64,000 nt of DNA from Gracilinanus agilis (Eukaryota), in assembly GCF_016433145.1 (NCBI RefSeq), contig NC_058135.1:255306413-255370412 (forward strand). The letters are read 5' to 3'. The stretch's first letter is position 1; every line of letters begins with the position of its first letter. The notes beneath the pieces are model-generated. The model did not search any database. It worked only from the letters and a program-made list of their open reading frames with translations, and had not been told where the DNA came from. Below are positions 37,411 through 49,299 of the stretch, one piece after another. A program made the translations under genes and the position numbers.

Positions 37411-39497
37411 GAAAAAGGAGGAGAAAGTGGGAGGGGAAAGAGAAAGAAAAAGAAAGAGGAGGAAGAGAAATAGTGAAATACATGACTTAAGCATGAGTGT
37501 CCTAAGCCAAGCACATCTGGGGCTCTTAGGAACAGAATAAGCTTAACTGGCTAAAGTGAAATCCTGACCTCTCACACCAGATGGGTATTTAGTATTTTTC
37601 AGAGAACCATGGAGTTTGTCCCTGCCTTCAAAAACTTAAATGGTATAATATGGTATAATGAAAAATAAAATGGTAGACTTGGAGAAAGAAGATCTAGGTT
37701 TGAGTCTGCCACTTTTCTTTGTAATATTGGGCAAATCACATCTTTGAGCCTCCGGTTATTTATCCAATGAAGGGGTTGCACTCAACCACTACATCCCCAT
37801 CCAGTTCTAAATAGATACTTCTATCAAAATTTAAAAGTCCTGGGCTTTGCATACTCTAAAAGGATGAGGGATGGATTTGTTCATTATCCTTTGTACCTCT
37901 TTGAATAAACCTTATGCTTTCCCAGGGGATTTTCACTCTTAAACAATTTAGACAAAATTACTTGCAATTTTGCAAACCTATACCAGCACAACTTTAATAC
38001 CTTTAGTAAAAGAATGGTAACTGTTGAAGAATTATGTAGCAATCTTTTACAAAGTTATTTGGAATATAGCTCCTTTGTCATAGCTTTCTTTAGCAATTCC
38101 TTAATGTTTATAAAAATTTTCAACTAATATAATAAGATTGTTGTGTGTCTTTTTGACATGTAACTGAAAAGTCGTATTTATATTAAAATATTTCTTTGTG
38201 AGTTGTATATTTAAGGCTTTATGCAGTTTTCATCCTAGGAAATAAAGACCAGTAACAGTCACCAATATTTTAACATGGCTATCATATAGCTTTGTGCCCT
38301 CTATGTGGACCACTAAATAAATTCATAAAAAGGATATTTTTTGAACTTCATTACTTAATATCTTTTTGGATAATGTTCAGTTAGACCCAATTTACAAAAT
38401 TTTGCTCTATAATAATGATAAATTGCAATTTTGTAAATAAAAATCATTTTAAAACATTGGTTTATTGTAATAGATTTATTTTTCTAATTTCATCATAAAT
38501 ATTTTTTTTACATCCAGATGTTACAACTGGAGTAAATAAACAAATTTTTTAAAAACTTTTTTAGATAGCTCTTTGTTAAGTTAAGTTTTCTTACCTATAC
38601 TTTTTGTCGCCTATACTCTCAAACTCATCAACAGTAATTGAAACTTGCCAGCTGATTATCTTTTTTTGGCTGTACATTCCCACTTATATACTTGAGTATT
38701 TGATGACTTTTATAATTTTGCATTACATACAGAGTAAAAAGGGAGAGGGGATGATCAACAAATATTCAGGGTTGGTTTTTTTCCCTAATATGGCATTCAA
38801 ATAAGGTAAAATATGTATAGTTCTTTGCAAACCTTAAAGCAATATTTAATTCTGACTCATTATTATTATTGTTATTATTATTCAACAAGCCTGTATTGAC
38901 TAACTAAGAAGAGAAGAACATCTTTAACTCAGCAATGATACCAGCTAACATTATGTTTGTTTCTCTATGGGAATGATAACAGGTATAAGGTTTGATTGGT
39001 TAACTACATAAGCCTTATGGCATTAATTCTTCACAACAACATGAACAAGCATAAAGCAAGTATATTGGCTCAAACTTCCATCTTCACAACCTAAAAAAGA
39101 TGGGGAAAATTTCCAGCAAGTATGGAGGTGTATCAGTATAATTGATTCACAGCATAATTAGGTAGCCACAGTGACACAATACAGAGCGCTGGTCCTGAAG
39201 TCAGGTAGAATCATTGAGTTGTTGAATTCAAAAACAGCCTCAGACAGATAGAAGGCAGTAAATAATTCCCAAGTGATTATGTGTGATAAAGCTCCAATTT
39301 TTGTTGAGGTTTCTTGAATTCTCAAGGATATCTTTAGGTTTGTCTTTGTGGTGCAAAGAGTTGTCTGTTAGTTTCTGAAGAAAAGCAAGCTTCTGTTATC
39401 TAATCCCAGCCTTTTGGTGGCATCTTTCTAGGTATTGAATCCATGGCTATCTGTAGGTTAGAGCAAAAGTGTGAAATACTCTGTGCAGCTCCCAACA

Positions 39498-39617
39498 CTA
39501 GTGGGGCCCGAACCAGATTAAAGTGTAACTGAGAAGTATTAAAATAAAAACACAACAGAACGTAAATAATGTTAATTCATGGTTTCCTAAGTCAAATATG
39601 TGAGTTGGACACCACTA
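39498..39617 (-). mobile_element. Non-autonomous hAT-like fragment, same family as 24096-24230
   Basis: gtaactgagaagtatttaaaataaaaacac...gagttggacaccacta. Confidence 0.6.
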
Positions 39618-39879
39618 TTTTAGAGGAGTTTCATATAGGTATACATTTCATCTCATCAAAAACTTTGTAAACCTTAAAGTACTAGGTGACATCAGCTGCC
39701 TTATTAATATCTCCTTCTCATCTTTTTCAAAGGAATGCAGATAGAAATGGTCCTGGGACAAATGGCCATTATATTTTTATATTTAATGTCCTACTTGAAT
39801 AAAGGTATTGTGATGTAAATTCATCTCTCAGTGAAAGCAAATTTCATAACAATCTTGTAGCAGAAAGGATAAGTATTTG

Positions 39880-40650
39880 ATTCTTGGTGGAAGTTTGGGA
39901 GTAATCATTCAATGGACATGAGGTGCTTACTATGTGCCAAGCTTGGGAGATAGGAAGAAAGGCAAAACCTGTTTCTACCTCCAAGGAGTGCATATTTTAA
40001 TAAGGGAAAGGTCAGGTAAATTCTGACATAAATATAAGATAAAGTGAAAAGAAAAGGTTATCTAGGGAGGAAGGCAGTGAGTTTGGAACATAGCCATAAA
40101 GGAAGGCAGGACAACAAGTAGGAGAGGGAGCATTCCAGAGCCAGTTAAATTAGTCAGAAGATGAAATGTTGGGTTGATCAAAGTTCAAGGTGGTCACGGT
40201 AGCTGAATCAAAAAATATAGGAAAGAAGTCTATATAGGAAAGTGGAAATGGAAGGAAGGAATCCAGTTAAAAGCCAAATAGATGACTTATCTATTTAATC
40301 CCAACAGCAACAGGGAACCACTGGAGATTATTGAGTGACATTTGCTTTAGGAGCATCACTGGGGTTAGCTGGAGTGGGAAGAGACTCAATGGAGCAAAAC
40401 CAGCCAGAATCCTGTTTGTAATAGGCTAGGAAGAGATAAGGGCCTGTACCCAGATGGTGACTGACTGCAAGAGAAAAGAAAGAAACGTTGAGAAGCAGGA
40501 AAGTAAAAAAGCCAAGAGTTTAAAACAGATCAGAAATGTCAGGTGAGTGAAAGGAAGGACACAGGGCAACCCTGAGGTTGTGAGCTTCATTGACCAGGAG
40601 GATTCCTGATTGTGCTGGAGGTTCCTAGCTATAATACAAAAGTTTGGAAA
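39880..40650 (-). mobile_element. Decayed L2
   Basis: cattcaatggacatgaggtgcttactatgtgccaag; caacagggaaccactggagattattgag; gggcctgtacccagatggtg. Confidence 0.7.
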
Positions 40651-40852
40651 AGAGTGGATTAGAAAGAGAAGGTAAAGTGATGAGTAATCCTCACAACAGT
40701 AACCAGTGTCACCACAAATAGAATAGACTATCTAGAAGGACATGGCAATTGTCATGTCAAAGATTATAGATAAGGACAATTGGGTTTGAGAAAGGGCCAT
40801 TAGAAACCACAATTAGGTTTTAAGTCTTTATAGCTCAAGAATATTTTCCATT

Positions 40853-40855
<3 letters not shown>

Positions 40856-40903
<48 letters not shown>
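40856..40903 (+). repeat. (GT)24 microsatellite
   Basis: Pure GT run. Confidence 0.98.
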
Positions 40904-40905
<2 letters not shown>

Positions 40906-41812
40906 TCTCCAAGGTATTCAGTACTTGCTAAATTTTTGCCATTTGCCTAGATAATCTGCATTTTTAATGCTTTTTCAGACTCTTAAAGTAAATAACCTTT
41001 CTGTGATCTCTTGTAGCAGAAACTTGATTCTCTATTGCTGTTATTTGTTTCTGTAAACATGCATATGACTCAGCCATTTGAGCAAGGTTTTTCATCATTA
41101 TATTGTTGATTAAGTTCATTTATTTTCACCTATAGAGAACCCTTTTGATTCTCTTCTTAGATCTTAATAAATTGTATCTGAGATCAATCTCTTTTGTTTA
41201 AATTCAACACATCCAGTGATATATTCATCTTGTCAACCTTTACTAGTACTCTGTGAAGTGATGTCTAACAGAAGTAGAAATTAGATGTTCTCAAATCTAT
41301 TCTCCTTATTTGTTGAAAAAATGTTAATCATTCTATAGCTGCTTTCAATCAAAGAACCTTCTGTTTCAATACATGGATTTTTGTTTGGGTATTTTCTAAA
41401 TTTATTGTTCATTTTCCTATTGTAAAAATTAATGTTGACTGGTATTGAATAGGAGCTAATTGCTTTAAAATTCTTCCCATTGAACTTGGACTTCAAGTTG
41501 AAAAATGTCTTGACATTCATAGCTAGTTTCTCCCAGATAAGTTTTATGTTCAATGTGTCTCTGTTGTCAATATTATCATAATTATCTTATTTTCATCTTA
41601 TTTGATGGGATTGAAATGGAAATGATCCTGTGACAAGTTATTGTTCTATTTTGTTTTACATTTAATTTTAATGATCTATAGTCCTTAGATAGGCTGCTTA
41701 TGGGGCAGTTTTTGAGAGAAAAAAATTTTTTTAATTAAAAAATATAGGGGCTATAATTTAAAAAGAAAAAGCAACTTCTAAATAGATAAGCCATTAGCTA
41801 ACTTGATTTTTT

Positions 41813-41977
41813 TAAAACCCTTAATTTCAGTGCATTGTCTCATAGGTGGAAGAGTGGTAAGGGTGGGAGTGACTTGCCCAGGGTCACACAGCTGGGAAGT
41901 GGCTGAGGCCGGGTTTGAACCTAGGACCTCCCGTCTCTAGGCCTGACTCTCACTCCACTGAGCTACCCAGCTGCCCC
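41813..41977 (-). mobile_element. Young SINE1_Mdo with short internal deletion, nested in L1
   Basis: TSD ctaacttgatttttt at about 41798-41812 and 41978-41992. Confidence 0.93.
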
Positions 41978-42669
41978 CTAACTTGATTTTTTAAAAGGAG
42001 AAAAACCAAATTTCCAGTGTCAAAAATGGAAAAGGTTAATTCATAATTAATAGAGAAAAAATAGTGGGAACTATTTCACCCAGCTGTATATAGATAAAAC
42101 TAACATTCTAAATGAGATGTACAAATATTTATAGAAATATAAAAATAACAGAACAAGAAACCAAAGGTTGCAAATCACAAAGTTTATCTATTATGATCAG
42201 TTTGAATTTATGCTAAGAATACAAGACTTCATTAGGAAAAACTATAAATAACCATAATTAATCATAGTAAAAATTCTTATGATTATATGAGTGGATGCAA
42301 AAAAAGTTTTTGAAACAAAATAGTACCCATTCCTGTTAATAACACTAGAGATCATAAGTATAAACTGATCTTTCCTAAATATAAGTAGTATCATCTAAAG
42401 CCAAGAACCATAATAATAATGGGCATAAAGTAGAGGCCTTTCCAATAAGATCAGGGACAAAGCAAAGATGTCCATTATCACCATTATTATTTAATATAGA
42501 AATTCTAGCTTTAGCAGTAAGAAAAAGAAATTAAATAATAGGCAAAGAAGAAACTAAATTATTGCTTTTTGTAGATAATATGAGCCCTAGATAGTGAACT
42601 AAAAACTAATTGAAACAATAACTTTAACAACATTACAGGTTATAAAATAAACCCACATGAATCATAAAT

Positions 42670-42930
42670 CAGGATGCTAAATAATTCTGTAGAGCTGGGC
42701 CTAAAGTCAGAAACATCTAAGTTCAAACCCATCCTCAGATACTTATTAGCTATTGAACTCTGAATAAGTCATTTAACCTTTTTTGCCTCAGTTTCCTCAT
42801 CTGTAAAATGAGGATTATAATAGTACCTACCTCCCAGGGTTATTGTCAAGATCAAATGAGATAATATTTGTAAAACACTTATTATACTGCCTTTCATGTA
42901 GCAAGCACTATATAAATATTAGTTATTTCT
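42670..42930 (+). mobile_element. MIR/CORE-SINE nested in L1
   Basis: ttcaaacccatcctcagatac...gcctcagtttcctcatctgtaaaatgagg...cctcccagggttattgtcaagatcaaatgag. Confidence 0.8.
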
Positions 42931-44192
42931 ATTAGTTATTATTACCTAAATCATCACCATTTCTATATATTACCAATGAAATCCAGCAAAAAGAGATGGA
43001 AAAAGGAATTCTCTTTAAATTAGTAGAGTCTGAGCACAATTACAAAACATTCTACAAAGCATCTAAATAATTTGAGAAATATTAATTGCTCATAAATAGG
43101 CCAAGGCAACGTAATAAAAAATGACAATAGAACCTAAATTAATTTATTTATTCAGTGCCATAACAAAATTCCTCTGGAAATAAAAAAAAGTCAAACATAT
43201 CAAGAAATTTAATGAAAAAAGGTAGAAAAAAAGGTGTCCCAGCAGTACTAAATCTCAAACTATATTACAAAGTATTAATCGTCAAAATAATTTGGTATTA
43301 GTTAATAAATAGAGAGATTCATCAGTAGAGCAAAAGATACATTATATAATATAAAGAAACAAATAAGCACAGTAGACTATTTTTTATAACCCCGAAGATT
43401 CCAGTTATGGAGCAAGAACTTAATATTATAAAAAGCGGAAAGCAATCTGGCAGAAACTGAGTGGAGACCAGCATCTCATGCTATATATCAAGATAAGCTC
43501 TAAATGGGTACATGACAGACCAAGGGTGGCATCATCAATTAGAGGAGCAAGGAAATTACCTTTCAGATCTATGAATAGCAGAAGAGTTCATAACCAAAAG
43601 GGACAGTGAGGATCACAAAAGATTAAATGGACAACTTTGATTATAAAATTAAAAAGGTTTTGCACAAACAAAACTAATGGAGCTAAAATTAAAGAAGTAG
43701 GCAAAAGGGGATCGGAATCTTTGCAGCAATAAAGAGTGATAAAGATCCCATTTCTAAAACAAAAAGATCCAATTTATATTTATAAGAGTAAGAGTCATTC
43801 TCTAATTAATTGGTAAAAAGTCAAACAATAGAATAGGCAGTTTTCAGAGGAAAAAAATCCAAGTTAACAATAACCCTGTGAAAATAGACTCTAACTCACT
43901 ATTAGAGAAATGAAAATTAAAGCAACACCAAGGTTCTACATCACATCTATCATAGAAAAGTTGATCCCACCCCCACCCCCAAAATGGCAAATGCTAGTAA
44001 GGCATAGGAAAATAATCTCCACTGTTGATGAAACTGTGAACTGGTCCCACCATTTTGGAAAGTAATTTAGCACTATGCCCCAAAATCAAACTCCATCCCC
44101 CTTTTGACCCAGCAATTCTACTACTAAATTTATACCCTAATAAAGAGATCACTGAAATAGCAAAGGAACTCATCTGTTAAATATTTATAGCA

Positions 44193-44431
44193 GGAGGCAG
44201 CTAGGTAGCTCAGTGGATTGAGAGCCAGGCCTAGAGATGGGAGGTCCTAGGTTCAAATCTGGCCTCAGACACTTCCCAGCTGTGTGACCCTGGGCAAGTC
44301 ACTTGACCCCCATTGCCTACCCTTACCACTCTTCTGCCTTGGAGCCAATACACAGTATTGACTCCAAGATGGAAGGTAAGGGTTTTAAAATATATATATA
44401 TATATATATACATATGTATATATGTATATAT
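44193..44431 (+). mobile_element. SINE1_Mdo (long-tail) with (TA)n tail, nested in L1
   Basis: TSD atatttatagca at 44181-44192 and 44432-44443. Confidence 0.95.
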
Positions 44432-45170
44432 ATATTTATAGCAACTCTTTTCATAATGACAAAGAATTGGAAACAAAGGATGTGTCCATCAATTGGGGAA
44501 TGGCTAAACATTCATATGCTATTAGGAATAATGGAGATGAGTTCAGAAAAACCTCAGAAGAATTGTATGAGCTGATGCCGGGAGAAATTATCAGAACCAA
44601 GGACGATATTAAATAGACAATGAACTTTGAAAGACCTGGAAACTGATCAACATAAGGATCAACCATAATTCCAGAAGATTTATAATGAAACAGGCTACTT
44701 ACTTTCTGAGAGAAAACTGATAAACTCAGAGTATATATTGAGACATATGTATATGTGTTGACCTGGCCATTGTGGGAAAGTTTCACTTGTCTCTAAGTGT
44801 TTGTGGCAGGAAATTCTGTTTTTCATGTTTTCTCAATGGGGAGTGGGGGTGGAGGATATGAGGGGAAAAATCAGATTTTCATTTGAAAAATAGAAATTAA
44901 GTTAAAGGGAAAAAAAGTAAAATGAACATTTTGGGGAGATGAAAAATGGAATGAGCTAGAGAAAAGGATGTCTTAAGGACTCAGGTCATCAGGTGGGTAG
45001 GGAGCAGAGAGGAATGGTTGGCATGCTTTTCCTCCTATATCCTCTTTTCCTTTAGTAATCAACTCTAGTGTGGCTGGGAAATGGGCATAGATGCTAATCT
45101 TGCCATTGCTTCAGACTTAAGAAATCTAAGCGAGAGAAAAGATAAAATTCAGGTTTAAATTTATTAGGAT

Positions 45171-45366
45171 GGGGCAGCTGGGTAGCTCAGTGGATTGAGA
45201 GTCAGGCCTAGAGACAGGAGGTCCTAGGTTCAAATCCGGCCTCAGACACTTCCCAGCTGTATGACCCTGGGCAAGTCACTTGACCCCCATTGCCCACCCT
45301 TACCACTCTTCCACCTAGAAGCCAATACACAGAAGTTAAGGGTTTAAAAAAATAAATAATAAATAA
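45171..45366 (+). mobile_element. Young SINE1_Mdo (short-tail)
   Basis: Perfect 14-bp TSD aaatttattaggat at 45157-45170 and 45367-45380. Confidence 0.95.
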
Positions 45367-46194
45367 AAATTTATTAGGATTATCAGGTTTAGAATTCTAA
45401 GGTGCTTGTCTAGTTAGGTACATTTTAAAATTCAATTTGCTTGCATTAAACTTTGAGATTTTTAGGAAACTTATTTCTGTGGCTCACAGTAATAAAATCA
45501 AATCTGATACTAAAGCAGATTTAAAGGGGTAGAATACTCAACTATTTTGATCTCTGAAGATACAAAATAGAAAAATATTTAAGGTAGAAGCACTATATAT
45601 GAAGTTGAAAGGAGAAATTTGATAGCATTTTGATTAAATGTTGAACTATATTAACAGATGATTTTTAAATCAGGCCATCTGTTAAAGCTTGCTGATTTTC
45701 TAAGTCTGGAGCAAGAGGTTATTTGTGTTTTCATGCAAATCAATCTTTAGCCAAAATACTCTAGGAAAAAACAGATGCCAATTAGAAATTCATTATTTCT
45801 TCACTCATAACCTTCTAAATGTTACTGTCCCTTTGTGGAATTAAAGGATATCAGTATTTATTTAGGTGACTGGTAAATTAGTGTAGCATTCTACAGAGTT
45901 GCTTTTTTTTTTTGTCAAAAATATTGACTTTTGAATATCAATCAAATTTAAGACAATCCATTCAGCCCTGCTTTCCTAATAGACTATATAACAGTAGTAA
46001 TATTGTTTAGTACAACAGAAGAACCAGAGACTGTAGTAGAATATGTTGGGAGTGAGTGAAAAAAGACCAATGATTGTATCACATTTCATTCACTATTAAG
46101 ATTTTAGGTTGAAATAGGACAAGGAACTGTTCTATACATTTGTTTTGTCTTCACAGCACAATACTATGCATTCAGTAAAGGTTTTTGGCTATGT

Positions 46195-46272
46195 GGGTGG
46201 CCCAATGAATAGAATGCTGGATTTGGAGTCCGGAAGACTCATTTTCCTCAGTTCAAATCTGGCCTCAGACTT
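46195..46272 (+). mobile_element. 5' half of a MAR1 SINE; the 3' half is at about 47713-47885
   Basis: The head ends at ggcctcagactta; the consensus continuation (ctactgtgtgactctgagcaaatcactt...gaagagtcaggcatg) resumes at about 47713. Confidence 0.75.
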
Positions 46273-47712
46273 ATAAGAATATTAAAGAATTTAAAATATC
46301 CTCTTTCCATTGAGTTCCTTAAATTTTCTCTTTCTTATTTACTTTTCTAGGCTTCTCTTGGGTCTTTGAACTTCTTATTTTCTTTTTAGATCTGGTCTTT
46401 TCCTCAGGAGTGCTTGGAAATCATCTATTGTATTTTTTCCCCTGAAAGAGTATATTCAGTTTTGCTGGATAGTGACTCTGGGTTGTAGATCTTTTGCCTT
46501 CCTGAATATCATATATTCCATACCTTCCAATCCTTTAATGGGGAAGCTGCTAAGTCCTGTGTGATCCTGATTGTAGCTCCATGGTATTTGAATTATTTCT
46601 TTCTTGCTGCTTACAGTGTTTTCTCCTTGGCTTGGGAGCTCTTGAATTCAGCTATTTTATTCCTGGAAATTGTCATTTGTATTTTATTCTTTTGTTCAAG
46701 AATATCTGGGTAGTTTTCTTCAACAATTTCTTGTATTATAATGTCTAGGCTCTTTTTTTATCATGGCTATCAGGTAGTCCAATAATTCTTGAATTATCTC
46801 TCCTGGATCTTTTTTCCATCCCAATTGTTTTATTTTTTTTTAATTAGATATTTCATATTTTCTTATGGGTTTTTTTTCATCCTTTTGATTTTATTTTATG
46901 GTTTCTTGATGTCTCATGAAGTTATTAGCTTCTAATTGCCCAATTCTAATTTTTGAGGAATGATTTCCTCTATCAGCTTTTGAGCCTCCTTGTACACTTG
47001 GCCCATTTCTTACATTGCTTTCATTTCTTTTCCCCATTTTTCCTTTGCCTCTTTTAATTGATTTTTGAAATTATTTTTTAACTCTTTTAGAATCTGAGTC
47101 CATTTTTTTCTTTTGAACTTCGCATGACTTTGCTTTGCTGTCACTGTCCCTTTCTATTTCTGTCTCCATAAAAATTCTCTATAGTTAGGTTTTTTGATGT
47201 CTGCTTATTTCCTCAGCCTTTTTAAAGGTAGTCTCCAAGTCTCCAAGAGGTTGGCACACCCTTTTTTAAACATCAGTCCTTCCTTGATGCTACTCTTAGC
47301 CTTATTTCTCAGTTTCTGCAAGTTTCAGTTCTTCCAAGATGGTGATGACTGTATGCTAGGAGCTCTGAGAACCACCTCCCACTGCTGATTCAGTTACCCA
47401 CTGAGACTGCTTATAGCTGAGATTCTAGCCTTAGGCTTGGGCATAGGCTTTTGGTCTCACTCTTGGATTGATCAGGTCAGGTTCACAGCAGACTACCCTA
47501 CCCTGAGACTCTGCCTTGAGCTTTTGGCAAGAGGATCAGAGGGCCTAGCTTCCGGTCTACCAACTACCCCAGACTAGAATCTATGTCCTCACCACAAGCC
47601 CAGGCTGGGATTTCTGACCTCGCTTAAGGCCCACACAAATCAGGATGCGCAACACAGACTGCCCTGGACTGGAATTCTGGACTTCACTGCAGGTTTACTT
47701 AGGGTGTGTGTT
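46273..47712 (-). mobile_element. L1-like 5'UTR plus ORF1 segment lacking ORF2 (3'-truncated L1 or HAL1)
   Basis: Antisense marsupial L1 ORF1 motifs (gaagctgctaagtcctgtgtgatcctgattgtagctccatggtatttgaat; atcatggctatcaggtagtccaataatt); the GC-richer 47250-47700 resembles a 5'UTR. Confidence 0.7.
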
Positions 47713-48269
47713 GATTTGGTCTACTGTGTGACTCTGAGCAAATCACTTAATCCAGTTTACCTCAGTTTCCTCATGTGTAAAATGAACTAGAAAAGGAAGT
47801 GCCTTTGCCAATGCATTTTTCTTTGCCAAGAAAAAACAGATGGGGTTATGAAGAGTCAGGCATGCCTGAAAAATGGCTGAAAAATAACAGTAGGGATTTG
47901 TTGAGCAGAATTTATAATCTCATAATTTGTTTAAAATAATAAACAACTTTCCTGCATTTGTTTATTTTCCTTGTAAAAAAAGATAATCTTAAATTTTTAT
48001 TAATAGCATGCATGACGTGGCACATAGTTGGTGCTTAATACATTATGACTCACAGTATAATAAGTCATATAGGTGTCAAAAGAGGCTTTTGGTCAGTTTC
48101 CTCATTTGCATTTATGTTAAGTAAGTGATTGATTAAAAATTGGGATTGGATCCTAACTCTTCCAGTTACTAGCTGTATGACCCCTTAGCTTCTCTGAACC
48201 TCAGTTTTTTTTTTATTTCTAAAGTGGATATTATCCACCTTTTGGAGTTGTATGGGCCAAATGAAATCA

Positions 48270-48400
48270 TACATATAAAATACTGTAACAACTTCAACAA
48301 AATTGAAGAATGCAAAATAAACCCACATAAAATCATGAGCATTTCTATATATTGCCAACAAAACTATTACATAAACTTAAAGTATTACGTGCATGTAATT
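48270..48400 (+). mobile_element. Short L1 ORF2 fragment
   Basis: NNFNKIEECKINPHK, resembling L1 NNFSKVAGYKINPHKS. Confidence 0.65.
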
Positions 48401-49299
48401 AGTATATCAAACATTTCTAATTTCATTAGTTTAAAAATGCCTTCCACTAGTTACTTTCCATATGTGAGTAGATAGATCTTACAGGGTTAACTGAGGCTCA
48501 GAGAATTAAAGGTAACCCTTCCATATCTTGACTTTCCTCATCACAGCTTTGATATATCACTGGACAGCATAAGAAATTAAATGGGAATTTGGGGGCAGTT
48601 TTGTGGAAGCTGCAGACAACACACAAAGGCCAGTAGATGACACAAAAGAAGTTTAGAAACTATACAACTTATAACCAAATACTTAATTTTTACACTATTT
48701 TACAATAAATTTTTACAATAAAGTAGTATTAAAAAAAACATTAAAAAAGGAAAAAATTCAGACTTCTTTTATGGTACAAAGGAAATGCCAAAAACTTTTG
48801 TACCAATTTTCCAGATCATAGGGACACTACACCCCTAATCCCTGCACAAGGAGAGGCAAAATTGTAACCCCATGTCATATTAACTCCAAATCCAGACTTC
48901 TATCATCTTCAGCCTCCCTGCTACCTTTAGAAGATTATCTAGATGTAAGATTTTTCTGGGGAGTAGGACCTAGAGAGTCACTTCACTATTATCTTGTAGG
49001 TAACCTCTAGTTCTAAAATTGATAAGGCATGGAGAGAACTTTGTGAGCAGATGCATTTGGCAATTCAGCTTTCTATGCAGCTGACTTCTCCATACTACCA
49101 GGGAGGGAATGTTGTTAGTATGGTCACATAGAAGCAGGTAGAATTGGTCCTGCTCATTCACAAACAAGCTGCAGACATCATCCATGGAACTATTTTCTTT
49201 TACAACCACGAAAAGCCCCTTAATAATATTCCCCACAGAGTCTTCCAAATCTTGTCTTCTCTTCAGCATTCTACACCACTCCCTCCCTTAACCTCTGCA

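Larger units (their letters stand above)
41700..44930 (+). mobile_element. Decayed L1 (ORF2 plus 3'UTR) interrupted by two SINE1 copies and a CORE-SINE
   Basis: GKEETKLLLFVDNM at 42541-42582 (L1 RT GKEEVKLSLFADDM); ggaagcaatctggcagaaactgag; ccatcccccttttgacccagcaattctactact; marsupial L1 3'UTR. Confidence 0.92.

Noticed and set aside
44231-44786. Cluster of overlapping ORFs
   Set aside because: Explained by a SINE, a (TA)n tract and the end of L1 ORF2.
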